A stretch of 64,000 nucleotides of DNA from Hormiphora californensis (lineage: Eukaryota > Animalia > Ctenophora). Positions within the stretch are counted from its first letter, which is position 1, and each line of letters opens with the position of its first letter. Made by a program: the position numbers and the translations under genes. Positions 1-14,269 of this stretch are shown here, piece by piece. Under the pieces are notes generated by a model. That model was not told the DNA's origin and made no database searches. It saw nothing but the letters and a program-made list of their open reading frames with translations. Location of the stretch: positions 5,828,001 to 5,892,000 of the forward strand of contig CM035352.1 of the NCBI GenBank assembly GCA_020137815.1. The letters are read 5' to 3'.

Positions 1-152
1 TGAGGGTTTCTACTAGAAACTAGAAACTTTCTAGGGTAAAAAGGGCAAAGGCAGTTTATTCGTCTCAAATTTGGATTCATAGCAAGCATTTACTAATCTA
101 TCGAATACTCCGTACCGGCAAAAGATAAAAAGTAGCTCGTAAGACTACTTAC

Positions 153-2535
<2,383 letters not shown>

Positions 2536-2989
2536 TGCAGGGCGGTATTGCTTCAAGTCATGATAGGTCTTGAGGGAGTGAGTTATTGGTAGGGTCAAGT
2601 TGACGAAATATTGACAACACGTAAATGTGTGGATGAAAATATAAAGCTCAGAATATTCATTTTCAACGATGTATTGAAACAGCAATAATTCATACAATTT
2701 GCTAAAATATTCGGAATAACTGACCAGAAAAGAACATATATAACAGTTCACACACGACCCGTAATACTGTGTTATATCTAAATAACAACTGAATAAAGTC
2801 CATTCATTTCAAGAATGGGTTCACAAACTTGTTCTCAATGCAACTTTACTCCGTACAATATTATAGTTTCTGCATGCAGGGTACAATAGTATTCTTTCCC
2901 CAAAAGCTGATTATATTATGAGTTCTCTAGAGAGTTTCCTCGACAAGACACAACACATTCCACTGCACGTGATCAGAATTACTAGTTGC

Positions 2990-5900
2990 TTATTTGCTGG
3001 TAGATTTCTCCAAGATGTATCCCTTCTTTAGTAGTACTTTCCTCTTTTTATCAACCACACTGTACCTCAGCAACCACGACTGAAACATGGAGAGAAATAT
3101 TAAACCTATCAACCAACTCGGACCAACTACATCCCAACATGACACCACTGCAGTACTCTATAGTGAGGTACACGGGAGGGGGGGGGGTACACGTGATACC
3201 TCTAACATATGAACTCCCAGTTCCTTGTCCATTGTTTGGTTTAGTATGCTGAGATCCTCCAATTCATCCCGATGGATGGTCACCCTGATCTTATAGTAGT
3301 TAGCCAGCTTTAACAAATCCATACACGTGTTACTAGTGTGTTCACAGGAGAAGAAGAGCTGTACAGGGAGAATGATTTGTTAGATCTTCTACGAAAAATG
3401 TATATGATGTGCATAATGTGGTCGGAAACTGGTTATCCCAATATTTGTTGATGAGATTTAAAAAAATGAACTTTTTTACTTTCAGACCAATTTATCGAGT
3501 TACAATAATGGATGTGAAATAGGAGACCAGCAAAAGGGACCCAGCTGTTGTTTTGGCCGGGGATCGGATTTCCTACCTGGATACCACGGGGCCATATTTT
3601 ACAGTTCTCTATAAGAGGTTGGATAGTCTGGCAGCGGGGGTCAGACAACCCTAGAAACTTCACTTTTCCACACTCTGCTAACTCCTGGGAGTAGAACTTG
3701 TTTAACCCTTTGAGGCCCAGAGGGTCATATATGTCCAACATTTTGAATGAATTACCTATCCACAGTATTATAAAGTAGCCCATCATTTCATTCACAATTA
3801 CCCCTCTAATATTATTACATTGAGGCTTAACGCCACTACCTAAAACAGATTAATATAATAGTATAATAGTATATAATAGTATAATTAGTATAATACACAC
3901 CTCAATCCAAGGCCAGCACTTGAGAAGTAGATCCTTGTTGGTTTTATCAGCAACAGAGATGAAGAGATACTCAACACAGGACAATGTAGGGTACTGGCCT
4001 AGTACACAATCCACTGCCTTGGTGACGTCTGCTTGGGTCGTTAACTCCGATACAAACAACTGAAGTTCACATGATTTACATTTGACCCTGTTCTAAATAA
4101 ATATCTCAATGCAGTGTAACCCCTTTAAGGGTACGCTAACCAAAAATTTTTTTCGAGTGCAGGGAAATCTCTCACCGTAGGGTTGTAGGCCATGCCAAGG
4201 AGACCTCAAATATGCAATTTTAGCCCTTAAGTCGAATTCATATTTTTGCTACAGCTGCTTGAAAAATGAACTGAAAATAAGTTTTTGGCATCTTAAAAAT
4301 ACATTTGTAAAGATAGGATCATAAAAATTTGTGGATTTGAAGAGGACATGAAGGTGAATAACCACAAAAAATTTTTTTGCAATCCGAGCTGATTTCCGGT
4401 CCTGAGATGGATTTCTTTTTTTCCACTTTAACGCCCTATTTTGCAAAGTTCCGAAAACATGTGAAAGCTGTAAATTGGTGAAAAGTTGCGTCTAACGATT
4501 ATCTAAGTGGCCATAAATTTTGGGCGTGTCCTTATTTGAGATAAGCTGTACAGAGTTTTTTTTGTGAAAGCCGTCATTTCAGAAATAAATAAATTCCCTG
4601 TATCTCAAAAACGGCTGATCGTAGAGACCTGAGACTATGCTTAAACGATTCAGAAGGTCCGATTTTGGGGGGGTCTTCTGAGAGATATTTTGCTCCTACT
4701 TCAACCGTTTTTGCTGTAATTGCGAAAAACAAATTCTATGAAAAGGGCAAAAGCTAAACTCCAATATCGTGTAATTAAGGAATTTTAGCTAAGAAACGAC
4801 CGAAACTATGGAAAAGTGTGTAACAAGCTAATTCCTTCACTATTTGGTCCATATGGGTCCCTATAATCACCAAAAACAAAATCACAAAAAATTCACGATG
4901 GCGAAGATGGGTTTTTGTTTTTCGCAATTACAGCAAAAACGGTTGAAGTAGGAGCAAAATGTCTCTCAGAAGACCCCCCCAAAATCGGACCTTCTAAATC
5001 GTTTAAGCATAGTCTCAGGTCTCTACGATCAGCCGTTTTTGAGATACAGGGAATTTATTTATTTCTGAAATGACGGCTTTCACAAAAAAAACTCTGTACA
5101 GCTTATCTCAAATAAGGACACGCCCAAAATTTATGGCCACTTAGATAATCGTTAGACGCAACTTTTCACCAATTTACAGCTTTCACATATTTTCGGAACT
5201 TTGCCAAATAGGGCGTTAAAGTGGAAAAAAAGAAATCCATCTCAGGACCGGAAATCAGCTCGGATTGCAAAAAAAATTTTTGTGGTTATTCACCTTCATG
5301 TCCTCTTCAAATCCCCAAATTTTCATGCTCCTATCTCTAAAAAAAATTTTTTGAGATGCCAAAAATGTATTTACAGGACATTTTTTAAACAGCTGTAGCA
5401 AAAATATGAATTCGACTTAAGGGCTAAAATTGCATATTTGAGGTCTCCTTGGTATGGCCTACAACCCTACGGTGAGAGATTTCCCTGCACTAGAAAAAAA
5501 TTTTTGGTTAGCGTACCCTTAAGTACCAGATACAGCTGAACGATGAAGTCATAAAACCCCCTGTAAGATTGAGCCTTGACTTCTAAGACAGTTAGGTTAC
5601 CAACCTTAACATGTAGGATTATGTTTTCCTTTGGAATGTCTTGTGGGAGTTTGGTGCTTTGATCATTGCCATCAGGTGAACAGTCACAACCCCGTGCAAA
5701 TTTCGTAGCTGAAACAATGTGAGACATTCTGATAAAGTGAGCCTGGAAAAGCAGACACGTTGTTCAAATGTAAAAGCATAGAAATAAAGATTTACCAGAG
5801 AATAAGGATCGGTTGATTGTTTATTAGCCGCATATCAGTGAGGAAGTTTAGTTTTCTCCTTCTGGCTGGACAAAATGAGTAGACGGGGTTTTTATTGTAG

Positions 5901-6722
5901 AAGAACGCGTTCTTCTACAATAAAACCCCGTCTACTCATTTTGTCCAGCCGGAATGAGAAAACTAAACTTCCTCAAAGATTTACCATTGTCAAAGTAATG
6001 TACAGAAGGTGTAAGTAGCCCTGTCATGTTATACCCTAGTTATAACAACAAACTACAAGAATAATACTCCCTCCTACCGCGGCAAGTAGTAATAAATATA
6101 CAATCTAGCGTTCAACAAATAAGACAAAATCAGAATGCTACTCAGGGATTGATATACAACTGGACACATCACAACTCCCAGGTAAGGCTAGGTAGTTAAC
6201 TGAATCAATAAGTTGACCAATCGGCTGTTTTTGAGTCGAATAGTTCTGATACAATGAAATAGTGTTTATTTAGGACTGTAGACGACTCGGAGACCGTATT
6301 ATCTTTCCTGAAATAAATCTCCGAGTCGTCTACAGTCCTAAATAAACACTATTTCATTGCTAGGTAGTTACTAAACGAAAAAATTAGGGGAGGGTCTGGG
6401 TTAGGATACAATGTACTGCACAACAAGAGGATGATGGGAAAGATTGTTATATACCCATCTATAGAGTATAAAACTAGAGAAATTAGACTGGGTAATTGGA
6501 CAAACCACTACAAATACACACAATGTGTGTTGTGCTGTATGATTTAACATTAGCAATAACAAGCACTGGCACTAAAACTAACTAGCACATGGTCTGGCAC
6601 TAAAAAAATGTTTAAAAATACTTACACAATGACGACACTACTTCCTCGATCACAGTCTTCTTCAGATCAGGGTAGGTTTTACAGAACTTTTGGACATCTC
6701 CCGTACACAGCAACTTAGTCAT
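2990..6722 (-). CDS. Uncharacterised multi-exon protein-coding gene
   Basis: Four 3' exons (about 5527-5743, 3901-4059, 3200-3358, 2990-3079) join in phase 0 at GT-AG sites: ...FIVQLYL|LFVSELTTQ...WPWIE|LFFSCEH...HMLE|SWLLRY...TSK*. A putative first exon MTKLLCTGD starts at 6722, but I could not resolve its phase link to the rest. No family recognised. Confidence 0.6.
4129..5518. mobile_element. Foldback non-autonomous DNA transposon, Kolobok-like
   Basis: TTAA on both sides (4125-4128, 5519-5522), GGGTACGCTAACC termini, ~605-bp inverted arms and a ~180-bp spacer. TTAA with purine-purine ends fits Kolobok rather than piggyBac. Confidence 0.9.
5798..5974. mobile_element. Asymmetric hairpin insertion with 12-bp flanking direct repeat
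   Basis: AAAGATTTACCA at 5786-5797 and 5975-5986; near-perfect loopless palindrome 5840-5974 centred on ACGCGT. Confidence 0.8.
6199..6358. mobile_element. Asymmetric hairpin insertion with 12-bp flanking direct repeat
   Basis: GCTAGGTAGTTA at 6187-6198 and 6359-6370; ~42-bp stem at 6252-6293 / 6318-6359. Confidence 0.8.
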
Positions 6723-7132
6723 GATCCCCCTCAAGTTACTGGAGAGACGTTAGAAATACAATAAGAAAGAAAATGAGATGGGATTTGTAAGATGAGACGC
6801 TCTCTTTTGTTATTATAAAAACGTGCATAATCGTATCATCACAAAAACATTTTAACCCGCACAAAATAATCAAATCATATTTAACATTCTAAGAAACAAA
6901 TCAGCATTATCCAGATAATAAATCATTCTAAATCTCTCCATCAGCATTCCCTAGTTGATGCAGCCCTGATATACTCCTGCAGCTCTGCAGCTCACTCTAC
7001 TCTTCATCCCAGGATGTTGCCCCAGCAGTACAGCCAGCTCTCTACTCTTACTGTTCTATAGTTTCTACTCTTCATCCCAAGATGTTGCCCCAGCAGTGCA
7101 GCCAGCTCACTACTCTTACTGTTCTATAGTTT

Positions 7133-8310
7133 CTACTCTTCACCCCAGGATGTTGCTCCAGCTCCAGCAGTAGTGCTAAACGACTCACTATAAGAACACT
7201 TCTCTCCCAGCATCTTCACCAGCTCCTCCACAGCCTCCTTCCTCACCAGGGTGATGGCACAGCCCCCGAAACCCCCTCCAGTCATCCGACTACCCAGGAC
7301 ACCATCCACCCCCCGTGCAGCCTCTACTACCTCGTTTAGCTCCTTACAAGACACCTCATAATCCTTATCGAGAGAGTTGTGGGAAGCATCCATTAGCTTT
7401 CCAAATTCCTCCATACCCCCTGACTTCAATAGCTCAACAGCCTTCCTTAGTCCTAGCTATCTCCCCCACAACATGTCGTGCCCTTTCCAGCGCCTTGTCA
7501 GGGAGATCAGTTCTTGGAGTGGCGAAGAACTCCTCCAGTTGGGTCATACTGACATCTGCAAGTGAGGAGACATCAAGGGCTTTAGCCACTGCTTCACATG
7601 TCTCCTTTCTGTTGGCATACTCCCCCGCTGCCAAGTCATGTTTAACCTTGGTGTCAGTAACCACTATACAGAGAGCCTCATCAGAGAAAGGCACGGGTTC
7701 GAACTCATTGTTTGCACAGTTAATGTAGAGAGCCTTCCCTTTCTCACCCAGTGTACAAATAAACTGGTCCATAATCCCACAAGGAACATCACAATACTCG
7801 GTTTTCTACTTTCTTACACGCCTTCACTTTCTCTATCGGGTCCACCTTGACACCAAGTAGCTGCTCTAGAAGGCTGAAGACAGCCACGGTTAGGGATGCT
7901 GAACTACTCAGGCCCCCTCCAAGAGGGAGGTTAGTAGCAATGGTAACAGCACAGCTGGCCTCTTTACCCGTTACCTCCTCAAACACTTTGCACGTGCCGT
8001 GGAAGTATCGTCCCCAGCCGGTCGAGGGGAACTCCTGAAAATCAGGGAACCAGCAGGTTGTTTTAACAGGCAGGTTGCTATCAGTTGATGCCCAGAACCC
8101 ATGTGTGTCCTCTACCCTCTTACCAGCCACAAGGGTTCCCTTATCTGAGAGGGCCATTGGCAGTACTGCACCATTGTTATAGTCTGTGTGCTCTCCTATC
8201 AGATTTACTCGACCAGGTGCATATGCAAAGGACATTTTACCCACCCCGACTCCATCAAAGTGCTGGGAAAACTGGGCCTTAGCTCGATCAAGGAGAGGAG
8301 TAGGGACCAT
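7133..8310 (-). CDS. GALK1: Galactokinase (GHMP kinase), intronless CDS with two +1 frameshifts (sequencing error or young pseudogene)
   Basis: Motifs APGRVNLIGEHTDYN, GGGLSSSAS, CGIMDQ and GSRMTGGGFGGC across three ORF pieces. Single extra bases near 7803 and 7442. Confidence 0.92.
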
Positions 8311-8990
8311 CGCTAAAACAGGGAAGAGATAAATTATCAGCAATAACAATAAAACACAATTTTGCATACTCTCCTCACGTTGCCTAAAACTAAACTAAAG
8401 CAACTGAGACATACTGAAGTATTATGGTTTAACTCATTTATTTCCCCCTCCCCTTTGCATAAAGGCATAGGGGTTTAGAAATATGTAACGGACATAGTAC
8501 TACCTTTAGAAAGACCAGCTCAGATGTCCCGTTTCAGGTTGCGAGGGGCAACGTGTAGCAACTAGAGCCACGCACACAACCTCAAACCTGCTCCTTCATA
8601 ACCCACTACATGGCCACTTTTTCAAGAAATGTGTGGCACACAATGTCGCAATGTGGCACACAATTTAGCGCTTCTAAAACACAAGGATTTGTTCTATAAT
8701 ACTCTTTGATTGATTAAATGATCGGAAATGTCCCGCCTTCACATAAGAAAATAAAGGTTGGTGAATGGCGGGGACGTGACGCGACATATCACGGACGGGT
8801 GCCAATACAATCTGGGTATTTGGTGACCTGTTTACAGGTGCACGCTTCCAAAAAAGTTGATTCACTAAAATGGCTCTAGCCTCTAACCGCCAAACCACTC
8901 AACCGTTTTGGCTAATTCAAAGTTTATCTGGTAGGGAATGTCAAGGCCTAACCTCAACCCAAACCCCAACCCAAACCCCAACCCTAACCC

Positions 8991-11900
8991 TATAATAATA
9001 ATAATAATAATAGTAACAGTTTATATCCCGCTCTGACACAGTTTGTAATATGCAAATGGTCCGCCTTTCCGAAAAACAGTGACTGCAACCAGATGCCTGC
9101 TCCTAGAGCGGTCCTTTTTCTTCGGCGTATGGTGAGATTAGGAGGTGATTTTCTTATGGGTGATTGATCAGGCATGGACGTGAATATCGGCAACACGTTT
9201 TCTGAGGAGGTAATATTCCTCGGGAGGGTTATTTGCTCCCAAGGTTGACGGCTAGTGTCTCAAGCCTAGATTGGGTACTACACACAGTGGAAAGGACAAC
9301 AGCACTGACAGTGAAAGGAAAAACCGATAAAAACCGATGGGTAGTAGATCGACAGTAAAACAGCAGACCAACAGACAGGACTAAGGACAAAACTAAGGAC
9401 AAAACTATGAGTCAGAATATTTAGTGGAACTAACAGACGCCCAGAATCATAGGTTGAGACACCACCAAGGAGGGGGGGGGGGGGGGTAGGTAGGGGATTT
9501 TTTGTTGTTTTTGTTTTTTTTTGTTGTTTTTTTTTTGTTGTTTTTTTTTTTTGTTTTTTTTTTTTTTTTTTTTTGGTTTTTTTTTTGTTTTTTTTTTGTT
9601 TTTTGTTTTTTTTTGTTTTGTTTTGTTTTTTTTTTTTTTTTTTTTTTTTTTTGTTGCTTTTTTTTTTCTTCTTTCTTTCATTTATCAATAAATTAGGTCA
9701 TCAATAAATTATCTCTACAATTCGTCTACAAAAGAAACAGCCCTGGGTACGCCCAAAAAATTAAAACTCATAAAAAAAAAAAAAAAAATAGAAACTTCCA
9801 TCCCGTAACAAATATATAAAAACCACTTAGATCACACTTAAAAAAGACACACACATACACACATATACTGGAAACAAATGAGTCTGAAAAACAGCCCGGG
9901 GTTTTGAAAAAACTCATCACAAAAAAGAGGCAGGCAGGCAAGCATTAACAAATAAATATAAAAACGCTTAGAACACACTAGAAAAAGCACTAGAACACAT
10001 GGAGAAACGCTCTAAGACCTCAGTACTAAAAAAACACTGGAAACACTTGACTTAGAAACACACTCAGAAATACACAAAAAAACACACAATTGTCTGAGGA
10101 GTCTCTTTTGGATTTTGATAACGATTTTAGAGGTCATATGCCTCTTTGAAGAAATGAGTTTTTAGGCTGGATCGGAAGGCCGATGTGGAGGTTGTTTCAC
10201 GGAGGGAGCGGGGGAGAGAGTTCCATATGGCTGGAGCAGCGACACTAAAGGCTCCGCTTGAAGATTTGTACCTTGTGTGCCGTTTCTCGAGGATAGTAGC
10301 ATCATGGTCTGCCCGGAGTGATTTCGGCTTTTTCTGCCTTATCTGGAGTAGTGAAGCCGTAGATTTGGGAGCACGGTCATTAATGATCTTGTGTGTCATC
10401 AGGCAGAGTTTGAAGTTGACACGCTGCTCAATGGGTAGGAAATGGAGCCTTTGGCGAAGTGCAGTTGTACCTCGGTACGTGTGTTTGGAGAAAACGAATC
10501 TTACCGCAGAGTTCTGGACTTTTTGTAACCGGCTGAGGTCTTTTGCAGAGAGACCTTTTAGGAGTCCGTTGCAATAGTCAAGATGAGAATGGATGAGAGT
10601 ATTTACTAGCTGGGTCTTCAGCTTCCGTGACAGTTTGGATCCTATCTTCCAAAGATTTAGCAAGGCAACGTTGCAGGAGCGGACAACATTGGATACGTGA
10701 GCAGAGAAGGTTAGTTCGGGATCCAACATCACTCCGAGGTTCCTTACACTTGTTGTGGGTACAGTGGGTTGTTCGTTTTCAAGGGTTTGGATAGAAGTTG
10801 GATTTGGCAGCTTGTCATTTCTGTTTCTCAGGAACATTACTTCTGTCTTCGAGGGATTCAGACAGAGGAAGTTCTGTGACATCCACGTTTTAATATGGTA
10901 CAGACATGCTTGTAGGGTTTTCTCAAGGTTGGCAAGGCTATCGTTCGAGAAGGCCGCATAGAGCTGCGTGTCGTCGGCATACAATTCGATCTCGAGGCCA
11001 TGATGTCTTGCAATAGCTTCGAGTTCCTTGGTATAGAGGATGAAAAGTAGCGGTCCTAGTATGGAGCCCTGTGGGACTCCAATTTCGATGGTCAGCGAGG
11101 CAGATGTTACGTTGCCAATCTTGGTTTTTGTCTTTCGTCCGGTAAGGTAGCTTTTGAACCAAGTTAGTGCCATTCCAGTGACTCCATAATGGTGTTCAAG
11201 CTTGTTTAGAAGTGTGGGATGGTGAATGGTATCGAAAGCGGCGCTTAGGTCCAGCAATACTAAGACCGCTTTCGATTTCTTGTCCGTTATGAGAAGGAGA
11301 TCGTTAACAACCTTGAGAAGTGCAGTTTCGGTGCTGTGGTTTGGCCTATAAGCCGATTGGGTATCTGGCAGCAGGTTGTTATCTTCAAGATGTTTCGACA
11401 ATTGGACTGCAGCGCATTTTTCCACCAGCTTAGAGAGGAAGGAGAGGTTGGAGATGGGTCGGTAACTGGTAAGTTCATCCGGGTCTAAGCCTTTCTTTTT
11501 ATAAGAAGGGCGTATTAGGGCCGTTTTGAACGCCTCAGGGAAACCTCCACTCTGGAGACTTTTGTTTACTATGTCGGATAGGATTGGAAGAAGTTCCGGG
11601 AGTAGGGCAAGAACCATGCTTGTGGGTATCGGATCGGAGTCACAGTGTTTTTTATTCATGCTCTTTATGATGCCGAGGAGTTCCTGGTCACTAACTGTAG
11701 CAAACTTTGTTAGTTTGTTCGAGGGAGGTTCGAAGGTATCGGGGATGGTGGGTAGTTCCTCTGTGAAGCAGGTGTTTGATTGGATTTTTTCGTAGATGCT
11801 GTCAACTTTTGATTTGAAGAAATTGTTGAACTTGTCCGGAAGCTCGTTTTCGGAGAACATGGTTGGGAGTTCTGTGGGTATCTTCTGCTTTCCGAGCAGA

Positions 11901-12457
11901 TGATTGACAGTTTTGTTAGTAGCCGCTGGATCATCAGCACTGATTTCAAGCTTCTTTCGATAGTAGCCGGTTCTGCTTGTTCTCAGCATTTTAGCGGTGT
12001 TCTTCATAGCCTCTTTGTACGAATTCCATGTCGAAGTTAGTGTTTTGATGTCGACGGACTCACTTAGATGCTTCCTCCACGTTGTCTCAATGTTACGGCG
12101 GTTGCGTTTTGCATTTTTGCAGTCTTCATTATACCACCGTGGATTTTGGAAAATGGGTACTTCTTTTTCCTCCTCCGGGGCTAGAGTGTTCAGAATGTCA
12201 GTTAGGGTGTCAACATAGAGATTAATGCAGTCTTCTAGTGACTTTGGGCGTAGAAGTTTACAAAGGGGAGAGACCGCCACCATTTTACGGAAGTCATCAA
12301 TGTTCAGGTGCTTCATATTTCTCGATTTCACAATCTTTGTTTCACGTCGGTTAGGTTTTCCTATGTGAAACTTAAAAGTTGTGAGATGATGGTCCGAAAG
12401 AGGACTGGGGGTGACCTGAGGTTCTGATATTAATGGAGCTCCTTCAGTGTCTTTGGT
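8991..12457 (-). mobile_element. 5'-truncated LINE (L2/Crack/Daphne-like within the CR1 group)
   Basis: RT ORF, ~1.1-kb 3' UTR with an A-rich tract (9499-9675), (ATT)n tail at 8991-9012 and a candidate TSD CTAACCC (8984-8990 / 12458-12464). Confidence 0.9.
10127..12331 (-). CDS. LINE ORF2 reverse transcriptase (N-terminally truncated)
   Basis: YRPISNL, LLDLSAAFDT, GVPQGSILGPLLF and YADD motifs; 734 aa uninterrupted. Confidence 0.95.
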   Translation of the reverse strand: MKSRNMKHLNIDDFRKMVAVSPLCKLLRPKSLEDCINLYVDTLTDILNTLAPEEEKEVPIFQNPRWYNEDCKNAKRNRRNIETTWRKHLSESVDIKTLTSTWNSYKEAMKNTAKMLRTSRTGYYRKKLEISADDPAATNKTVNHLLGKQKIPTELPTMFSENELPDKFNNFFKSKVDSIYEKIQSNTCFTEELPTIPDTFEPPSNKLTKFATVSDQELLGIIKSMNKKHCDSDPIPTSMVLALLPELLPILSDIVNKSLQSGGFPEAFKTALIRPSYKKKGLDPDELTSYRPISNLSFLSKLVEKCAAVQLSKHLEDNNLLPDTQSAYRPNHSTETALLKVVNDLLLITDKKSKAVLVLLDLSAAFDTIHHPTLLNKLEHHYGVTGMALTWFKSYLTGRKTKTKIGNVTSASLTIEIGVPQGSILGPLLFILYTKELEAIARHHGLEIELYADDTQLYAAFSNDSLANLEKTLQACLYHIKTWMSQNFLCLNPSKTEVMFLRNRNDKLPNPTSIQTLENEQPTVPTTSVRNLGVMLDPELTFSAHVSNVVRSCNVALLNLWKIGSKLSRKLKTQLVNTLIHSHLDYCNGLLKGLSAKDLSRLQKVQNSAVRFVFSKHTYRGTTALRQRLHFLPIEQRVNFKLCLMTHKIINDRAPKSTASLLQIRQKKPKSLRADHDATILEKRHTRYKSSSGAFSVAAPAIWNSLPRSLRETTSTSAFRSSLKTHFFKEAYDL

Positions 12458-12937
12458 CTAACCCCACTTTAGCCCTAACCCTAAAAAACCGTTTGTCAGC
12501 ACTCACGAAACACCCAGATTTTAACGCTGGCCCTTTTTTCCAAGTCGTAAATTAAAGTCCGTTTCAAGCGACTTGACCCGTAATTCTTGGAATTTGGCGC
12601 ATTGCGCGTGTATTTACAAAGGGGAAATCCTGAATTTCCAGGAATCTCAGGTCAAGTCGTTTGAAACGCACTTTAAAAGCCAATATTTATATTGTGGAAG
12701 CTCTCACGGTTTTTCCCACGCGCGCGGCGTTTCTGCGCGCCGAAAGCATATACAGTGCTGACAAAAAATCTGGGTTGCGCGAGGTTTTTCAAATTTATCG
12801 CTCTCTTCACTTTTTTTCAAATTTACACTTTAATACATTTAGGGTGGTCTTAGGTCTATGTGAAGTTGGCTCTGGCATTTTAAGTTTGACTTGCTGATAT
12901 GCTTAGTAAGTCATGGAAATGTTGTCAAAAACTGCCC

Positions 12938-14201
12938 GAACCTAGAAATCATTAGGGGCAAGCTAATTTTTGCACAATCCGATAGTCAATAGGCCCCTGA
13001 ACCACCAAAAAAAAGTCCCAAGCCCAACTCCTGGGGGAAGTGCCCCTAATTGGCCCTAATTGATTACAGTGTATTTGTAACCATCAATTAAATCGTAAAT
13101 CGTCTTAGGAAAGGAGTAGAGGGAAAACCAAGGGCACTAAAGTGTTCAGCGTCCTCGCATTAGTGGGGGTAGGTGCTGGAATTAAGTCTCTATCTCATCT
13201 GGTTAATTAGATAATTGGATAATTAGGTTTGCGCAGAGCCGTTTTTTGGCTATATGGCTATAGCCACTTAGGAAAAGAGTAGAGACAAAACCGAGGGCAC
13301 TAAAATGATCAGCGTCCTCGAATTAGTGGGGGTAGGTGCTAAAATTAAGTCTATCTCATCTGGTTAATTAGATAATTGGATAATTAGATCCGCACATAGC
13401 CGTTTTTGGCCACATGGCTATAGCCACTTGGGAATGGTTTAGAGACTTTTCACTGGTGCCATTTTGTAGGCAATGGCTAAGTTATGGGGGGTCGTGGTCG
13501 GACTTTTAAGCTCTATCTCAAACCGTTTAGCCGTTATTTGGATTCAAAGGTGCTGAAAATGAGCAAAAAATGGTAAAAAGTACGATTTTGAGCCTCTGTG
13601 GATCTTTGAATCCAAATAACGGCTAAACGGTTTGAGATAGAGCTTAAAAGTCCGACCACGACCCCCCATAACTTAGCCATTGCCTACAAAATGGCACCAG
13701 TGAAAAGTCTCTAAACCATTCCCAAGTGGCTATAGCCATGTGGCCAAAAACGGCTATGTGCGGATCTAATTAACCAGATGAGATAGAGACTTAATTTCAG
13801 CACCTACCCCCACTATTTCGAGGACGCTGATCATTTTAGTGCCCTCGGTTTTGTCTCTACTCTTTTCCTAAGTGGCTATAGCCATATAGCCAAAAAACGG
13901 CTCTGCGCAAACCTAATTATCCAATTATCTAATTAACCAGATGAGATAGAGACTTAATTCCAGCACCTACCCCCACTAATGCGAGGACGCTGAACACTTT
14001 AGTGCCCTTGGTTTTCCCTCTACTCCTTTCCTAAGACGATTTACGATTTAATTGATGGTTACAAATACACTGTAATCAATTAGGGCCAATTAGGGGCACT
14101 TCCCCCAGGAGTTGGGCTTGGGACTTTTTTTTTGTGGTTCAGGGGCCTATTGACTATCGGATTGTGCAAAAATTAGCTTGCCCCTAATGATTTCTTGGTT
14201 C
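12938..14201. mobile_element. Foldback element with shared palindromic core (copy 1)
   Basis: ~610-bp inverted arms, each with two ~153-bp subunits; centre near 13555-13600. Confidence 0.88.
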
Positions 14202-14269
14202 TAACAAGAATTCCATGAATTATAGTGACTCTATAAAAAGTCCAAAGCACCATCCCACGCCCACCCACC

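Noticed and set aside
4129-5518. piggyBac assignment and the mirrored 65-aa ORFs
   Set aside because: Termini are GGG rather than CCY; the ORFs mirror each other only because of the inverted arms and show no transposase motifs.
5798-6358. Hammerhead ribozyme or Penelope origin of the hairpin inserts
   Set aside because: I found no proper CTGANGA...GAAA core with flanking stems by eye; a covariance search would be needed.
8950-8990. True telomere or chromosome fusion site
   Set aside because: Only a few degenerate hexamers, inside a small TIR element.
9278-9696. Poly-Lys and poly-Phe ORFs
   Set aside because: Low-complexity A-rich tract in the LINE 3' UTR.
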